Positions 39,326 through 53,039 of a stretch of 64,000 nt of DNA are shown piece by piece (positions within the stretch are counted from its first letter, which is position 1; the number at the start of each line of letters is the position of its first letter). Under the pieces are notes generated by a model, which was given only the letters and a program-made list of their open reading frames with translations, had not been told where the DNA came from and made no database searches. Location: positions 744,001-808,000 of the forward strand of contig OZ024764.1 of the NCBI GenBank assembly GCA_964016885.1, given 5' to 3'. Both the position numbers and the translations under genes were made by a program. This stretch comes from Eledone cirrhosa. Its lineage: Eukaryota.

Positions 39326-39575
39326 CTGCTATATCAAGCGTTAATCTAATATATACCTTCTATATACTGTACTGATTGTGTTGTTATTTCTGTTTACCTT
39401 TTACATATATATATAACGAAGGAGGTGTTGTAAGGAACCAGATGGACCATAACGCACCAGAGTACTCAATACTTAGGGTAGTAGAGTGGGTAATAGGAAA
39501 AAGTATGACCCCGACGGCAGAGCTCAAGCCGTTTCGACGGCTATTTCTGGACTATATATATATTTAATATAAAAA

Positions 39576-39626
39576 GGCTTCTACAGGACGAGAACTGTTT
39601 CAATTGGGAGAAATCATCAGGAAGCC
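39576..39626 (-). ncRNA. Type I hammerhead-like motif, left arm of palindrome 39553-39692
   Basis: GGCTTC-CTGATGA-tttctcccaatt-GAAA-CAG ttctcgtc CTG-TA-GAAGCC: stems I and III pair, GUA site present, stem II poor. Confidence 0.6.
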
Positions 39627-41082
39627 CTGATGATTTCATTCAATCGAAACAGTTCTAGTCCTGTAGAAGCTTTTCTATATTAAATATTTATACTCTGCTA
39701 TGTACCTTACTGTGGTTACCTCCGATTGAATAAACACACACATATCATCATCATTTTATGTCTGCTTTTCCCTGCTTGCAAGGGTGGGACGGGAACTGAT
39801 TCTGGCTTGATTTCTACAGCTGGATGCCCTTCCTAACACCAACCTCATTTACAGTGAGTGCTGGGTGCTTTTTTGCCGTGGCACCTCCACGACCACTTTG
39901 CAGTGGAATGATATGGACCCCAGTCCTATCATCTCATTTCTACAGCTGAGTAAACTGGAGCAATGTGAAATAAAGTGTCTTGCTCAAGGAAACAACACAT
40001 CACCCAGTCTGAGAATTGAACTCACAACCTTTCGATTGCAAGGCCAATGCTCTAACCACTAAGCCATGTGCCTCACATTACTCTATATATACTATTGTAT
40101 TTTCACAGTAAAGTCTTTACCTCACATAATATCTCACATAACATTTACAGTGCTCTATATATACTATTATATTTTCACAGTAAAGTCTTTACCTCACATA
40201 ACATTTACAGTACTCTATATATACTATTGTATTTTCACAGTAAAGGCTTTACCTCACATAACATTTACATTACTCTATATATACTATTGTATTTTCACAG
40301 TAAAGGCTTTACCTCACATAATATCTCACATAACATTTACATTACTCTATATATACTATTGTATTTTCACAGTAAAGGCTTTACCCCCTAAAAACAAAAG
40401 GTTTACCCAGAATACATCAACATAAACTAAAATTCCACGTTATAATGGCCTGACCCACCTGGTTATTTAAGACTAGTTTATATATATATAAAGAGAGAGA
40501 GATGTTATTGTATGTGGAGGGTAGTGTTGGTGAGTAACCAGACTGCCGGCCCTTTTGTTAAAACACCTGACAAACCTCATATGTGACGTAACCCTGTAGA
40601 ACGAACATACCGAGGGTTAAAGTGCTTTAAAAACTGAAATTAATTTACAACACTTTTAGATAATATTTAGCAACAATTATCTAAGGCCAATTTATATATA
40701 CACACACATATATATCTATATATATATTTACATATATATCTATATGTATATATAGATATCCATAAAACAACTCTTGAACCTGCTGGAAGAAGTGTTTGAG
40801 GAGTCTGCTTCCTCGACCCTCTCAGGAGACATGGGCATTGTGTGCAGAGGACCTGCACAGACTGGAGAGGAACGAAGCTTGCATGCTCCGTTGCTTGTGT
40901 AATAGTAATATACGTGAACGGCAAAACATAAATGAACTGAGAAATTAGGAATAAGAGGGATCAGATGAGAGAAGACTACGTTGGTATGGCCACGTGATGT
41001 ATAAAAAAATTGCAGGGTGATCAAAATTGATGGAAGCTACGGAGTAGGTAGACCCAGAAAAACCTATATACACGTGTGTGTG

Positions 41083-41137
<55 letters not shown>

Positions 41138-43459
41138 GTGTGTATATATATATATATACTCACACACAGAAAACCTTAGAAAAAACCTAAATTTCCCCCT
41201 AACACGAGGTGTTAAAAATATCCCTGTTTTGCTTACATTAGTTAAGGAGTGTTAAATAAATACAGTTGTGGGGGGAACTAAATCAACATATGGTGGTAGT
41301 CTCTCATTGCTAAACATAGTAGCTATATCTCCCTCAAATTACACTCTATATAATGTCAGATATACTAAACACGAGGTGGTCACGGCTGGAATATCTATGA
41401 ACAAACAAAACAGCTTCGTTAGTCTGACATGAGACGGAGAAATGAATTTCTGAGAAAATTATTCCACCCAGGACCACAAAAACACACCATAAAGTTAAGA
41501 TACATGTTATTAAAGACCCTAAACAAATATCACCACATGAAAACAAGGGTAAAGATAAATGACACCAACTTAACATTTGTATTGAAGAAGTTTGTAGTAT
41601 CTGGGGCTGACAACGAACTTCTATCGTTGTTGGGGGTTGGTTTTACTAAAATATTACACAATGGGTCTTGGGGGAGTCGGGCTCCCATTTGTAAAGTTAG
41701 TTGTAATGTCTAAAGTTTTATTAGTTATATATTAAATAACTTTACAAATGGGAGTGAAATATAAACACATGATATATACAAAGTATATAATGTTTTAAAT
41801 ATATACATAAATAATATTACAAATACTTAGACAACATTATAAAGTACCAGTAATGCACTGGGTATTTGCTGGCCTTGTGCCTAAAGTAGAAACAATTATA
41901 AATTGCTCGCGATTCTGTCAGGAGGATATATTCTTTTAATGTTGCAATATTAAAGAAAATATTAAGGAAGGGGTGGACAACGGGGCCAACACCAGAGCAA
42001 AAGACAGCAACGAGGGGCACTGGGCAACCTCTCTAATGATTTCTGAGGCAAGCCAGCACACTGGCAGTGTTACCTCGGGTGATGGCGAGGCTGAGGTGCT
42101 GGAACAACCAAGCACCCTCGCCATATTCACCAGTTACCTCTATTAGGTGAGACTGAGGTGCTGGAACAACTAAGCACCCTCGCCAGATTCACCAGTTACC
42201 TCTGTTAGGCGAGGCTGAGGTGTTGGAACAACCAAGTACCCTGGAGAGATTCACCAGTTGCCTCTATTAGGGGAGCCGCCAGTGCAGAGGAAACTCGCAG
42301 TCAGCGACCCGACTCCTCCAAAAGTCTCGAAAGCTACAAAGCTGGGAATATTACACAATACTAATAAATGAACATATTACAGTACCTTAGTTTCACTGTT
42401 ACCTGCAGCAAAGTCGTCAATGTTTTGGCTTGCCATTAAAAATATTTAGAAGGGAACCCTAATATTTTCTGTAACAATGTGTAATTGGGGGTGTGTCTTG
42501 TCACGTTGGGAATTTTTACCTTCCCTTATTTCTATAATTAATTCCCCTCTCTCTATATATATATATTAATTAGTTAATAATATTGGTTATATAAACTAGT
42601 TAATAATTGTTTCTACTTTAGGCACAAGGCCAGCAATTACCCAGTGCATTACTGGTACTTTATTTTATCGACCCCGTAAGGATGAAAGGCAAAGTCAACC
42701 TCGGCGGGATTTGAACTCAGATTGTAAATAAACTAGTTAATAATATTAGTTAGATAAGACATTGTTAATATAGAAAATAAGGTTTTATGTTCCGTCAAAC
42801 TCAAAATTCCCGGTCTTCTGCACAACACGTGCTACCTTGCAAAGTTAGCCACACATTCTCAGTCACGTTTTCGTATTTTCGCAGTGAAATTTTTTAATTA
42901 GTTTAATATGGAATAAAGTTTATTAAGCAAATTTCTATTTAATTATATACTTTAATTACTTAATAAGATTAATATATATATATGTGTGTGTGTGTGTATA
43001 TATACATAGGTATATATGTGTATATATATGTGTGTGTGTATATATATATATGTGTGTGTGTATATATATATATGTGTGTGCGTGTATATATATATATATA
43101 TGTGTGTGTATATATATCATTGTTTACTGATGGGTGAGACTGGTTTGTCCCACTTGAGGCAACTCGGGTCAGGTGACCATGTCTTGCTCATACACAACTG
43201 TTTCTGGCTGGATGCTCTTCCTAACACCAACCACATTTACAGTGAGTGCTGGGTGCTTTTTGTTGCATCACTTACACAACCCTTCTACAGTGTGGACTGG
43301 GGCTTTCTGTGATACCAACATAACTTTGCAGTGGGAGGGTGGTGTAGGGGTGTGTGGAAGGGGGTATAGTGGAGTAAGAGGTGCCTACTGGGAGTCTGTT
43401 GTGTGCAAGGGAATGTGGGTCTTCTGTATTACTGCATAGCACCAGACATCTCAATCCTG

Positions 43460-44200
43460 AGTCATTGTCTTTGATAGGTATAATTGTGCAAGGTCAGGTT
43501 TTATCACCTCATCCCAGGTCTTGCTACCCCATAGCTTCCATCAATTTTGATCACCCTGCACCTTTTTATACAGCTGTCATATTTCATACAAATCACATGA
43601 CCATACCAATGCAATCTCCTCTATAGTATACTGCATCTGACCCCCCCTGTGCCCAGTTTCTCATTTACACTTTGCCGAGTATATTTCGATTACACATTCA
43701 TCGGAGAATGCAGTCTGCATCACCCAGGTAATGGAAAGTGTCCACTATTTCTATAGAACCATCTGGGCAATAGAAGGAGCTAGTATCCCGTGGGTGCTTG
43801 CTACTTACTGCACCTGAGCATCAGCCACATATAAAATCTATGTTCTTAGATAGCTTACCTGTGATCCCACTACATCTTTTATGTACCCATACTTTGCATT
43901 TGGGACACAGAATGGAGTTTCTGCCTCCACCTTTCCTACACACTGAGCATGGCCATTTCCCAGAGGGGACCTGTGCCCTATTTTCCTTCCTACATACTAG
44001 AACTTTAGTCTTAGACAAGTTAACTTTAAGTCCTGTTGATTCTAGGCCATGTTTCCATGTTTGGAATTTCTTCTCTAGTTCAGCTATGAGCGTTAGATCA
44101 TCTGCATATAGAAGTTCCCATGGGCAGCCGGTCTTGAACTCCTCTGTTATAGCCTGAAGGGCAATAATAAACAGGAGGGGATAAGGATGAAGCCTTGAGG
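43460..44200 (-). mobile_element. RTE-clade LINE RT fragment (duplicate)
   Basis: Same YADD-containing frame as 38090-38830. Confidence 0.9.
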
Positions 44201-45019
44201 AACGCATAAATAATACATATATATATATACTGTATACATACAGGAACAATGTGAAATAAAGTGTCTTGCTCAAGCCCTGCATAAAATATACTTTTACTAT
44301 CTCTAGAGCAGTGGTCCCCAAATCGTGTGCCACGAGATGAAACTAGATGAGCTGCAAAAGACTAAAATTAAGTTAAGATGTGAAAAATATAAAACTGAAA
44401 TTTGTATAAAAGTTGAAATATTGGTGCGGCCACAGACTTATGTGTTTATAACTTTCTTTAATACTCTAATTATTTCTTTTCATGAGATTGAATAAAATAT
44501 TATACGTCTACATAGACGAGCGCCATCATACACAAAACACCAACAGTTTTGCAAGAGATGTCAACATGAATGGACCTGTTATTTTTATCTAAAGACATTT
44601 CTTCCAATTCCACCCCACCCGTCCCCTCAGTCTATTGTATTTCTCATTCTTTCTTCTGATGAAGGACTAGCGTCTGAAACGTTAAAACCCTCTTCCTGCT
44701 ATATCAAGCGTTAATCTAATATATACCTTCTATATACTGTACTGATTGTGTTGTTATTTCTGTTTACCTTTTACATATATATATAACGAAGGAAGTGTGG
44801 TAAGGAACCAGATGGACCATAACGCACCAGAGTACTCAATACTTAGGGTAGTAGAGTGGGTAATAGGAAAAAGTATGACCCCGACGGCAGAGCTCAAGCC
44901 GTTTCGACGGCTATTTCTGGACTATTCTCTTTTACCTGTTTCAGCCATCCGGCTGAGGCCATGCTGGGGCCATGCTGGGGCACCATGCTGGGGCACTATA
45001 TATATATTTAATATAAAAA

Positions 45020-45070
45020 GGCTTCTACAGGACAAGAACTGTTTCAATTGGGAGAAATCATCAGGAAGCC
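45020..45070 (-). ncRNA. Type I hammerhead-like motif (duplicate of 39576-39626)
   Basis: Same sequence apart from one change in loop III. Confidence 0.6.
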
Positions 45071-45512
45071 CTGATGATTTCATTCAATCGAAACAGTTCT
45101 AGTCCTGTAGAAGCTTTTCTATATTAAATATTTATACTCTGCTATGTACCTTACTGTGGTTACCTCCGATTGAATAAACACACACATATCATCATCATTT
45201 TATGTCTGCTTTTCCCTGCTTGCAAGGGTGGGACGGGAACTGATTCTGGCTTGATTTCTACAGCTGGATGCCCTTCCTAACACCAACCTCATTTACAGTG
45301 AGTGCTGGGTGCTTTTTTGCCGTGGCACCTCCACGACCACTTTGCAGTGGATTGATAAGGACCCCAGTCCTATCATCTCATTTCTACAGCTGAGTAAACT
45401 GGAGCGATGTGAAATAAAGTGTCTTGCTCAAGGAAACAACACATCACCCGGTCTGAGAATTGAACTCACAACCTTTCGATTGCAAGGCCAATGCTCTAAC
45501 CACTAAGCCATG

Positions 45513-46500
45513 TGCCTCACATTACTCTATATATACTATTATATTTTCACAGTAAAGTCTTTACCTCACATAATATCTCACATAACATTTACAGTACTCT
45601 ATATATACTATTGTATTTTCACAGTAAAGGCTTTACCTCACATAATATCTCACATAACATTTACATTACTCTATATATACTATTGTATTTTCACAGTAAA
45701 AGCTTTACCTCACATAATATCTCACATAACATTTACATTACTCTATATATACTATTGTATTTTCACAGTAAAGATTTTACCTCACATAATATCTCACATA
45801 ATATCTCACATAACATTTACAGTACTCTATATATACTATTGTATTTTCACAGTAAAGTCTTTACCTCACATAATATCTCACATAACATTTACAGTACTCT
45901 ATATATACTATTGTATTTTCACAGTAAAGTCTTTACCTCACATAATATCTCACATAACATTTACAGTACTCTATATATACTATTGTATTTTCACAGTAAA
46001 GGCTTTACCTCACATAATATCTCACATAACATTTACATTACTCTATATATACTATTGTATTGTCACAGTAAAGGCTTTACCTCACATAACATTTACATTA
46101 CTCTATATATACTATTGTATTTTCACAGTAAAGTCTTTACCTCACATAATATCTCACATAACATTTACAGTACTCTATATATACTATTGTATTTTCACAG
46201 TAAAGTCTTTACCTCACATAATATCTCACATAACATTTACAGTACTCTATATATACTATTGTATTTTCACAGTAAAGGCTTTACCTCACATAATATCTCA
46301 CATAACATTTACATTACTCTATATATACTATTGTATTGTCACAGTAAAGGCTTTACCTCACATAACATTTACATTACTCTATATATACTATTGTATTATC
46401 ACAGTAAAGGCTTTACCTCACATAATATCTCACATAACATTTACATTACTCTATATATACTATTGTATTGTCACAGTAAAGGCTTTACCTCACATAATAT
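45513..46500. repeat. 72/60-bp minisatellite (shorter tract at 40073-40385)
   Basis: Same unit as 11639-12550. Confidence 0.95.
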
Positions 46501-46624
46501 CGAATCTATGAGATTTTGAAAGTATTTATTTTGAGAACACTACCTCAACATCAGTATGAGTGACCAGTTACAGCCAGTTTCAACAGAAAGAGGTAGAGAA
46601 TTCTGGCCGGTTTGAACACTAAAG

Positions 46625-47225
46625 GGTTAAGCCACACTCACTGCAAATGTCCCATGTAATGTGAGGTGGTAGAACCACCTCACAGTTGGCTCGATGTCTC
46701 CCTGTCTCATGTGATTTCAGATGGTTAACAACACCAGCTCTTGTTAGAAGAAATCGGCCACATACACTGCACCTCAATTCCTGCTGAATATTTGCAGGCT
46801 TTGCACTTGGGTCCTGCTTACGAAGTGAACTCTTCAAAACAGCATGCTCCACTCTCTTTTTCTCAAAGACATCCTCTCCATGATGTACGGCCCTCAGCCA
46901 GTCTCTCCCAGTTTTCCATATCAACCTTCAGAGCTGTAAGATTGTCTTTTATGACATCCTTAAACCGTTTCTTTGGTTTATGCTGTCGCCTAGCTCCCCA
47001 TAAAACTGCTGTTTATGCAGCCTTCCATCTTGACCACATGACCCAACACATCTGGTTCATAATGACCCTCCTTTCAATAATAGAACTACCCACTTTCTCA
47101 AGTGCCACAACATCAGCCGTGTAAGAGGACCACTTGATATTCAGGATGTGTTGTATACAATGTTGATGCAATCTTTCCACCTGGTGGATATGATACCTGG
47201 GAGTTGTCCATATTTCCCCCATCTA
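46625..47225 (-). mobile_element. RTE LINE C-terminal region with C2H2 fingers
   Basis: LHQHCIQHILNIKW, KRFKDVIKDNL, CSVCGRFLLTRAGVVNHLKSH. Confidence 0.75.
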
Positions 47226-47264
47226 GCAGGGCCGATGTAGTTTAAAATTAATAATAATAAGGAA

Positions 47265-49272
47265 AATATTGTGTACAGTGCTCAGGTGCACTACAACTCA
47301 TCAAAAGTGTATGTATAGTACATAGGGTAATGTACAAACGTCAGGAAAATGAACAGTGCATGAGTCATGATATACACATGTGTGCATGTGTATGGAAGGG
47401 GGACATCAGGTGTAGTTTTGGTGAATCTTGGGAAGCATGAGGGTTTTAAAGGATGCAGTGTCTCGACAGCTAACAACTGATGCAGGTAGTTTGTTCCATG
47501 GAGGTTTTATAGGATGCAGTGTCTCGACAACTAACAACTGATGCTGGTAGTTTGTTATATGGAGATTTTAAAGGATGTAGTGTCTCGACAGCTAACAACT
47601 GATGTAGGTTGTTTGTTCCATGGAGGTTTTAAAGGATGCAGTGTCTCGACAGCTAACAACTGATGCAGGTAGTTTGTTCCATGGAGGTTTTAAAGGATGC
47701 AGTGTCTCGACAGCTAACAACTGATGCAGGTAGTTTGTTCCATGAGGGTTTTAAAGGATGTAGTGTCTCGACAGCTAACAACTGATGCAGGTAGTTTGTT
47801 CCATGGAGGTTTTAAAGGATGCAGTGTCTCGACAGCTAACAACTGATGCAGGTAGTTTGTTCCATGGAGGTGTAGTGACCTACATTCCGCGGGCTCACAT
47901 ACATTCTCTGTGCGTGATTTGGCTCAGTTCAGCCAATCAGCGCTAGTAGAAGAGGATGTATCCCTACGCGCCCTGAGGAAGAAATTCACCGCAAAGATTT
48001 GAAGAATCTCGCTCTTGTACCGGAAACTTCAAGCCAGCAACACGCATAATGTAACAGTGAGATATTGCACCCCTAGCCTCGCCGGCTTAACGGCGCAATG
48101 GCACATTCCCTAATGTAACCTCTTTTTATCTGTAACTTCAACCATATAAATAAACAAACATTGCATCTCTAATTACTGCGGTTGAAGTCGTTGTTTTACT
48201 CGTGTCTCAATAACATCTTTAATCCATGCTGCTGGAATTGGCGACCTGACGAAAGGAATATTGTAAATAGATGGTAAATAGATCGAGGGACCTTCCCTCA
48301 CGTCTATGTCAACAAGATAATCCAACGAGGATACTATCACTGACCACACTGGCAACTAACGACCACTGATTCTACCACCCCGCTAAAGTGGCGACTACTC
48401 TACAACTAATACTGCTAAAGAGGTTTTAAAGGATGCAGTGTCTCGACAGCTAACAACTGATGCAGGTAGTTTGTTCCATGGAGGTTTTAAAGGAAGCAGT
48501 GTCTCGACAGCTAACAACTGATGCAGGTAGTTTGTTCCATGGAGGTTTTAAAGGATGCAGTGTCTCGACAGCTAACAACTGATGCAGGTAGTTTGTTCCA
48601 TGGAGGTTTTAAAGGATGCAGTGTCTCGACAGCTAACAACTGATGCAGGTAGTTTGTTCCATGGAGGTTTTAAAGGATGCAGTGTCTCGACAGCTAACAA
48701 CTGATGCAGGTAGTTTGTTCCATGGAGGTTTTAAAGGAAGCAGTGTCTCGACAGCTAACAACTGATGCAGGTAGTTTGTTCCATGGAGGTTTTAAAGGAT
48801 GCAGTGTCTCGACAGCTAACAACTGATGCAGGTAGTTTGTTCCATGGAGGTTTTAAAGGATGCAGTGTCTCGACAGCTAACAACTGATGCAGGTAGTTTG
48901 TTCCATGAGGGTTTTAAAGGATGCAGTGTCTCGACAGCTAACAACTGATGCAGGTAGTTTGTTCCATGGAGGTTTTAAAGGATGCAGTGTCTCGACAGCT
49001 AACAACTGATGCAGGTAGTTTGTTCCATGGAGGTTTTAAAGGATGCAGTGTCCCGACAGCTAACAACTGATGCAGGTAGTTTGTTCCATGGAGGTTTTAA
49101 AGGATGCAGTGTCTTGACAGCTAACAACTGATGAAGGTAGTTTGTTCCATGAGGGTTTTAAAGGATGCAGTGTCTCGACAGCTAACAACTGATGCAGGGA
49201 GTTTGTTCCATGGAGGTTTTAAAGGATGCAGTGTCTCGACAGCTAACAACTGATGCAGGTAGTTTGTTCCAT
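47265..49272 (-). mobile_element. CR1 3' end whose terminal 61 bp is expanded to about 21 copies; split by a solo LTR
   Basis: 3' UTR matches 15550-15720; 61-bp units at about 47440-47870 and 48420-49272. Confidence 0.85.
47871..48419 (+). mobile_element. Probable solo LTR (Gypsy-like) with 4-bp TSD GAGG
   Basis: Begins TGTAGTG, ends ctgctaaa (degenerate ctaca), gagg on both sides, internal CCAAT, TATAAA and AATAAA. Confidence 0.65.
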
Positions 49273-50424
49273 GCTTATTCTTTTCTTCAATGAATACGAC
49301 TAAACCGGCAACCCCACCAAGTTTGCTTAGTGAGGAGGGTGATTGGGCAGCCTTCAGGATGAAAAACTCATGAGTCAATGACCATCCAACAGTGTGTATA
49401 TATACATATATTGTGTTTCTGTGTAAATGTATATATGTGGGTGTGTGGGAGATTGGTTGCATGTGTGTGTGTATTTTTATTTATTTATTTATAATCTTTT
49501 TTGTTAACATTTAAACAACTTTTATTTAAAACTAGACTCGTTGGGTCAGGTTCACTTAAAAATGTTTTTTAAAAATCATGTTCACTTAAAAATAATTTTT
49601 GAATAATTAAAATATACACAAACTGGAAGGCCTATATATATATACGTGTGTGTATGTATATATATAAATGTGCGTGTATACATATATATGTATGTGTGCG
49701 TGTGTGTATATATATAAATGCATGTGTGTGTATGTATATATATATATGGGTGTCTGTGATCTATATACACTTGTCTTGGACACACACACTCATATATATA
49801 TATATATATATACAACACCACCAGCTCTCTCTCTCTTCCATTCTCCTCCTCTCCCTCTCTCTCTAACAACCACTATCTCTCCCTCTCTATCCTTCTCTCT
49901 CTCTATTTATGAAGGTACCCAGAAAACCCCATATCTCGGGAACCCGTGCTCCGATTTATGTGAAACTTGTTTTATCCCATTTGTATTCCCATTTCAGGGT
50001 CAACTTCCTTTCAAAGTATTTTCCCATTATGCACCCTTGTCGCTGTATTACATTACAGACAGACAAGCAATCACAGAGTTTTAGTAATATATAGATATAT
50101 ATGATCTAGTTATTATTTATCTGGGAAAACCTATTGTATTTTTCTTGAGAGAAGGATACTGTGAAATACCTGCGGCTGATCACCTTACATCTGTCTGTCC
50201 TCAGATTCTGGCTGTTAATACTTAGAGAACAGCATATATGTAGTACAACATGCTACAGAGATCTCTTCAGAGTCTTGTGGCAATGGGGGAAGCAGTGGAG
50301 TCTACTGACCTAATAGGTGACTTAAGGCTTATCTAACGTTGTGGCCAGTTTTCAGAATAGGAACTGACTTGGGCAGAGTCTATTGTGCACACACACACAC
50401 ACATATATATATATACACATACAT

Positions 50425-51200
50425 GGAGGCACATGGCTTAGTGGTTAGAGCATTGGCCTTGCAATCGAAAGGTTGTGAGTTCAATTCTCAGACCGGGTGA
50501 TGAGTTGTTTCCTTGAGCAAGACTCTTTATTTCACATTGCTCCAGTTTACTCAGCTGTAGAAATGAGATGATAGGGACTGGGGTCCCTATCATTCCACTG
50601 CAAAGTGGTCGTGGAGGTGCCACGGCAAAAAAGCACCCAGCACTCATTGTAAAGTGGTCGTGGAGGTGCCACGGCAAAAAAGCACCCAGCACTCATTGTA
50701 AAGTGGTCGTGGAGGTGCCACGGCAAAAAAGCACCCAGCACTCATTGTAAAGTGGTCGTGGAGGTGCCACGGCAAAAAAGCACCCAGCACTCACTGTAAA
50801 GTGGTCGTGGAGGTGCCACAGCAAAAAAGCACCCAGCACTCACTGTAAAGTGGATGTGGAGGTGCCACGGCAAAAAAGCACCCAGCACTCATTGTAAAGT
50901 GGTCGTGGAGGTGCCACGGCAAAAAAGCACCCAGCCCTCACTGTAAAGTGGATGTGGAGGTGCCACGGCAAAAAAGCACCCAGCACTCATTGTAAAGTGG
51001 TCGTGGAGGTGCCACGGCAAAAAAGCACCCAGCCCTCACTGTAAAGTGGTCGTGGAGGTGCCACGGCAAAAAAGCACCCAGCACTCACTGTAAAGTGGAT
51101 GTGGAGGTGCCACGGCAAAAAAGCACCCAGCCCTCACTGTAAAGTGGTCGTGGAGGTGCCACGGCAAAAGAGCACCCAGCCCACACTGTAAAGTGGATGT
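50425..51200 (+). mobile_element. tRNA-derived SINE whose body is expanded into a 49-bp array (about 12 copies, 50600-51200)
   Basis: Head tggcttagtggttagagca..gagttcaattc; unit gtaaagtggtcgtggaggtgccacggcaaaaaagcacccagcactcatt. Unexpanded copies at about 39750-40072, 45190-45515 and 58080-58405 (minus). Confidence 0.85.
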
Positions 51201-51344
51201 GTACTTATAAACCTACTCCCAAAATGCCGAAGAAGTGGTGTCGTTCATGCCTGTCCCAACCTTATTCTCACATTTGGCAACAATACTAAAAAAATACATG
51301 AAACAGTTTTTTATTTAATAAAAACAATATTGTTTTAAGTACAT

Positions 51345-51815
51345 TTGATGATGACGGTGATGATGATGATGGTGGTGGTGGTGTGGTGGTGATGGTGGTG
51401 GTGGTGTTGGTGGTAGTGGTGGTGGTGGTGGTGGTGATGGTTGTGGTGGTGGTTGTGGTGGTGGTGATGGTTGTGGTGGTGGTGGTGGTGGTGGTGATGG
51501 TTGTGGTGGTGGTGGTGTTGGTGGTAGTGATGGTTGTGGTGGTGGTGATGGTTGTGTTGGTGTGGTAGTGGTGGTGGTGGTGGTGTGGTAGTGGTGGTGG
51601 TGGTGTGGTAGTGGTGGTGGTGGTGTGGTAGTGGTGGTGGTTGTGGTGGTGGTGGTAGTGGTGGTGGTGTAGTGTTGGTGGCAGAGTTGGTGGTGGTGGT
51701 GTAGTGTTGGTGTTAGTGGTGGTGGTGTAGTGTTGGTGGTAGTGTTGGTGGTAGTGGTGTAGTCTTGGTGGTATTGGTGGTGGTAGTGTAGTGTTGGTAG
51801 TGGTGGTGGTGATGG
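51345..51815. repeat. (GGT)n-type microsatellite
   Basis: Imperfect ggt/gat/agt triplets. Confidence 0.95.
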
Positions 51816-51883
51816 TTTTTGAAAAAAATTTATATAAAAGATTTTTGCCTGCTCACTCTCACCTTTTGGTAACTGGAGCTACA

Positions 51884-52175
51884 AGAAATAGCAGCCAAAT
51901 CTCCCTCAAATCACACCCTACTGTCTTATGTACGAGGGAGACCTCTACATGGTAGCTAGACCTGGTAGAAATAGCAGCCAAATCTCCCTCAAATCTCACC
52001 CTATTGTCTTATATATGAGGGAGACCTCTACATAGTAGCTAGACCTGGTAGAAATAGCAGCCAAATCTCCCTTAAATAACACCCTACTGTCTTATGTATG
52101 AAGGAGACTACATGGTAGCTAGACCAGGTAGAAATAGCAGTAAAATCTCCCTCAAATCACACTTAACTGTCTTAA
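51884..52175. repeat. About 83-bp tandem repeat, about 3.5 copies
   Basis: agaaatagcag..aaatctccct at 51884, 51967, 52050 and 52130. Confidence 0.85.
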
Positions 52176-52232
52176 GAAAGAGCACTCAGTCCATAGGAGG
52201 AGTTTAGTATAAATAATTACAACAGTGACATA

Positions 52233-52284
52233 AACAGGTACTCAAGTTTCGTTGGGTTCTGGACCCCAACTCATTCAGCCTGTC
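52233..52284 (-). ncRNA. Type I hammerhead ribozyme motif, left arm of palindrome 52222-52352
   Basis: GACAGG-CTGAATGA-GTTGGG gtccagaa CCCAAC-GAAA-C ttga G-TA-CCTGTT: stems I and II intact, minimal stem III, one extra core nucleotide. Confidence 0.75.
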
Positions 52285-52293
52285 ATCAGAAAT

Positions 52294-52337
52294 GGCTGAA
52301 TGAGTTGGGGCCCAGAACCCAACGAAACTTATGTACC
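52294..52337 (+). ncRNA. Hammerhead motif, right arm (stem I truncated)
   Basis: GG-CTGAATGA-GTTGGG gcccagaa CCCAAC-GAAA-C ttat G-TA-CC. Confidence 0.6.
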
Positions 52338-52359
52338 TGTTTATGTCACTGTAATAATC

Positions 52360-52800
52360 TCTGCCTCAGCAAAGATGGACTCGAAAGTCATCTTTGCAGT
52401 CATAAAGAGAGACCAGTGGTTGACTACCAGGCTGCTGTCAGAGATGCTACTCATCATGGCTGCCAAGCATGTGGAAGAGAGTGTAGATCAGCAGGAGGGC
52501 TCAAACGACATGCAAATGTACATGAAGTCCAACCACAGCCGGCTATTCCCAGTGAATGTTATGGTTGCCGACTCTGTGCAAGACATTTTAGATCATTGGC
52601 TGGGCTAAAAGACACATTCGATCACAGCACCGTTAATTATTAATATATATATAATATATATACACATATATATATATAATATATATACACATATATATAT
52701 ATAATTATTAATATATATATATATGTGTGTGTGTATGTATGTATTTTTTTTATTATTTTATCATGCAATGGCCATACTCGATAACGAGGGGGTAGACATC
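52360..52800 (+). mobile_element. RTE LINE 3' end with tandem C2H2 fingers
   Basis: CQACGRECRSAGGLKRHANVH and CRLCARHFRSLAGLK; 3' UTR ggccatactcgataacgagg. Confidence 0.6.
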
Positions 52801-53039
52801 ATAAATATATGGCTTTGTGTGTATATATATATATATATCAACAAAATGTATAATAATAATTGTTTTTACTTTAGGCACAAGGCCAGCAATTACCCAGTAC
52901 ATTACTGGTACTTTTATTTTATCGACCCCGCAAGGATGAAAGGCAAAGTCAACCTCGGCGGGATTTGAACTCAGATCGTAAAGGGACGTAACTATGCTGC
53001 AAAGCATGGCGTCCGACCCTCTACCGATACTGCCAATCC

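Larger units (their letters stand above)
40388..45790. repeat. Tandem segmental duplication, unit 2
   Basis: Collinear copy of 34983-40387; the end lies within the 72-bp array, so it is approximate. Confidence 0.93.
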
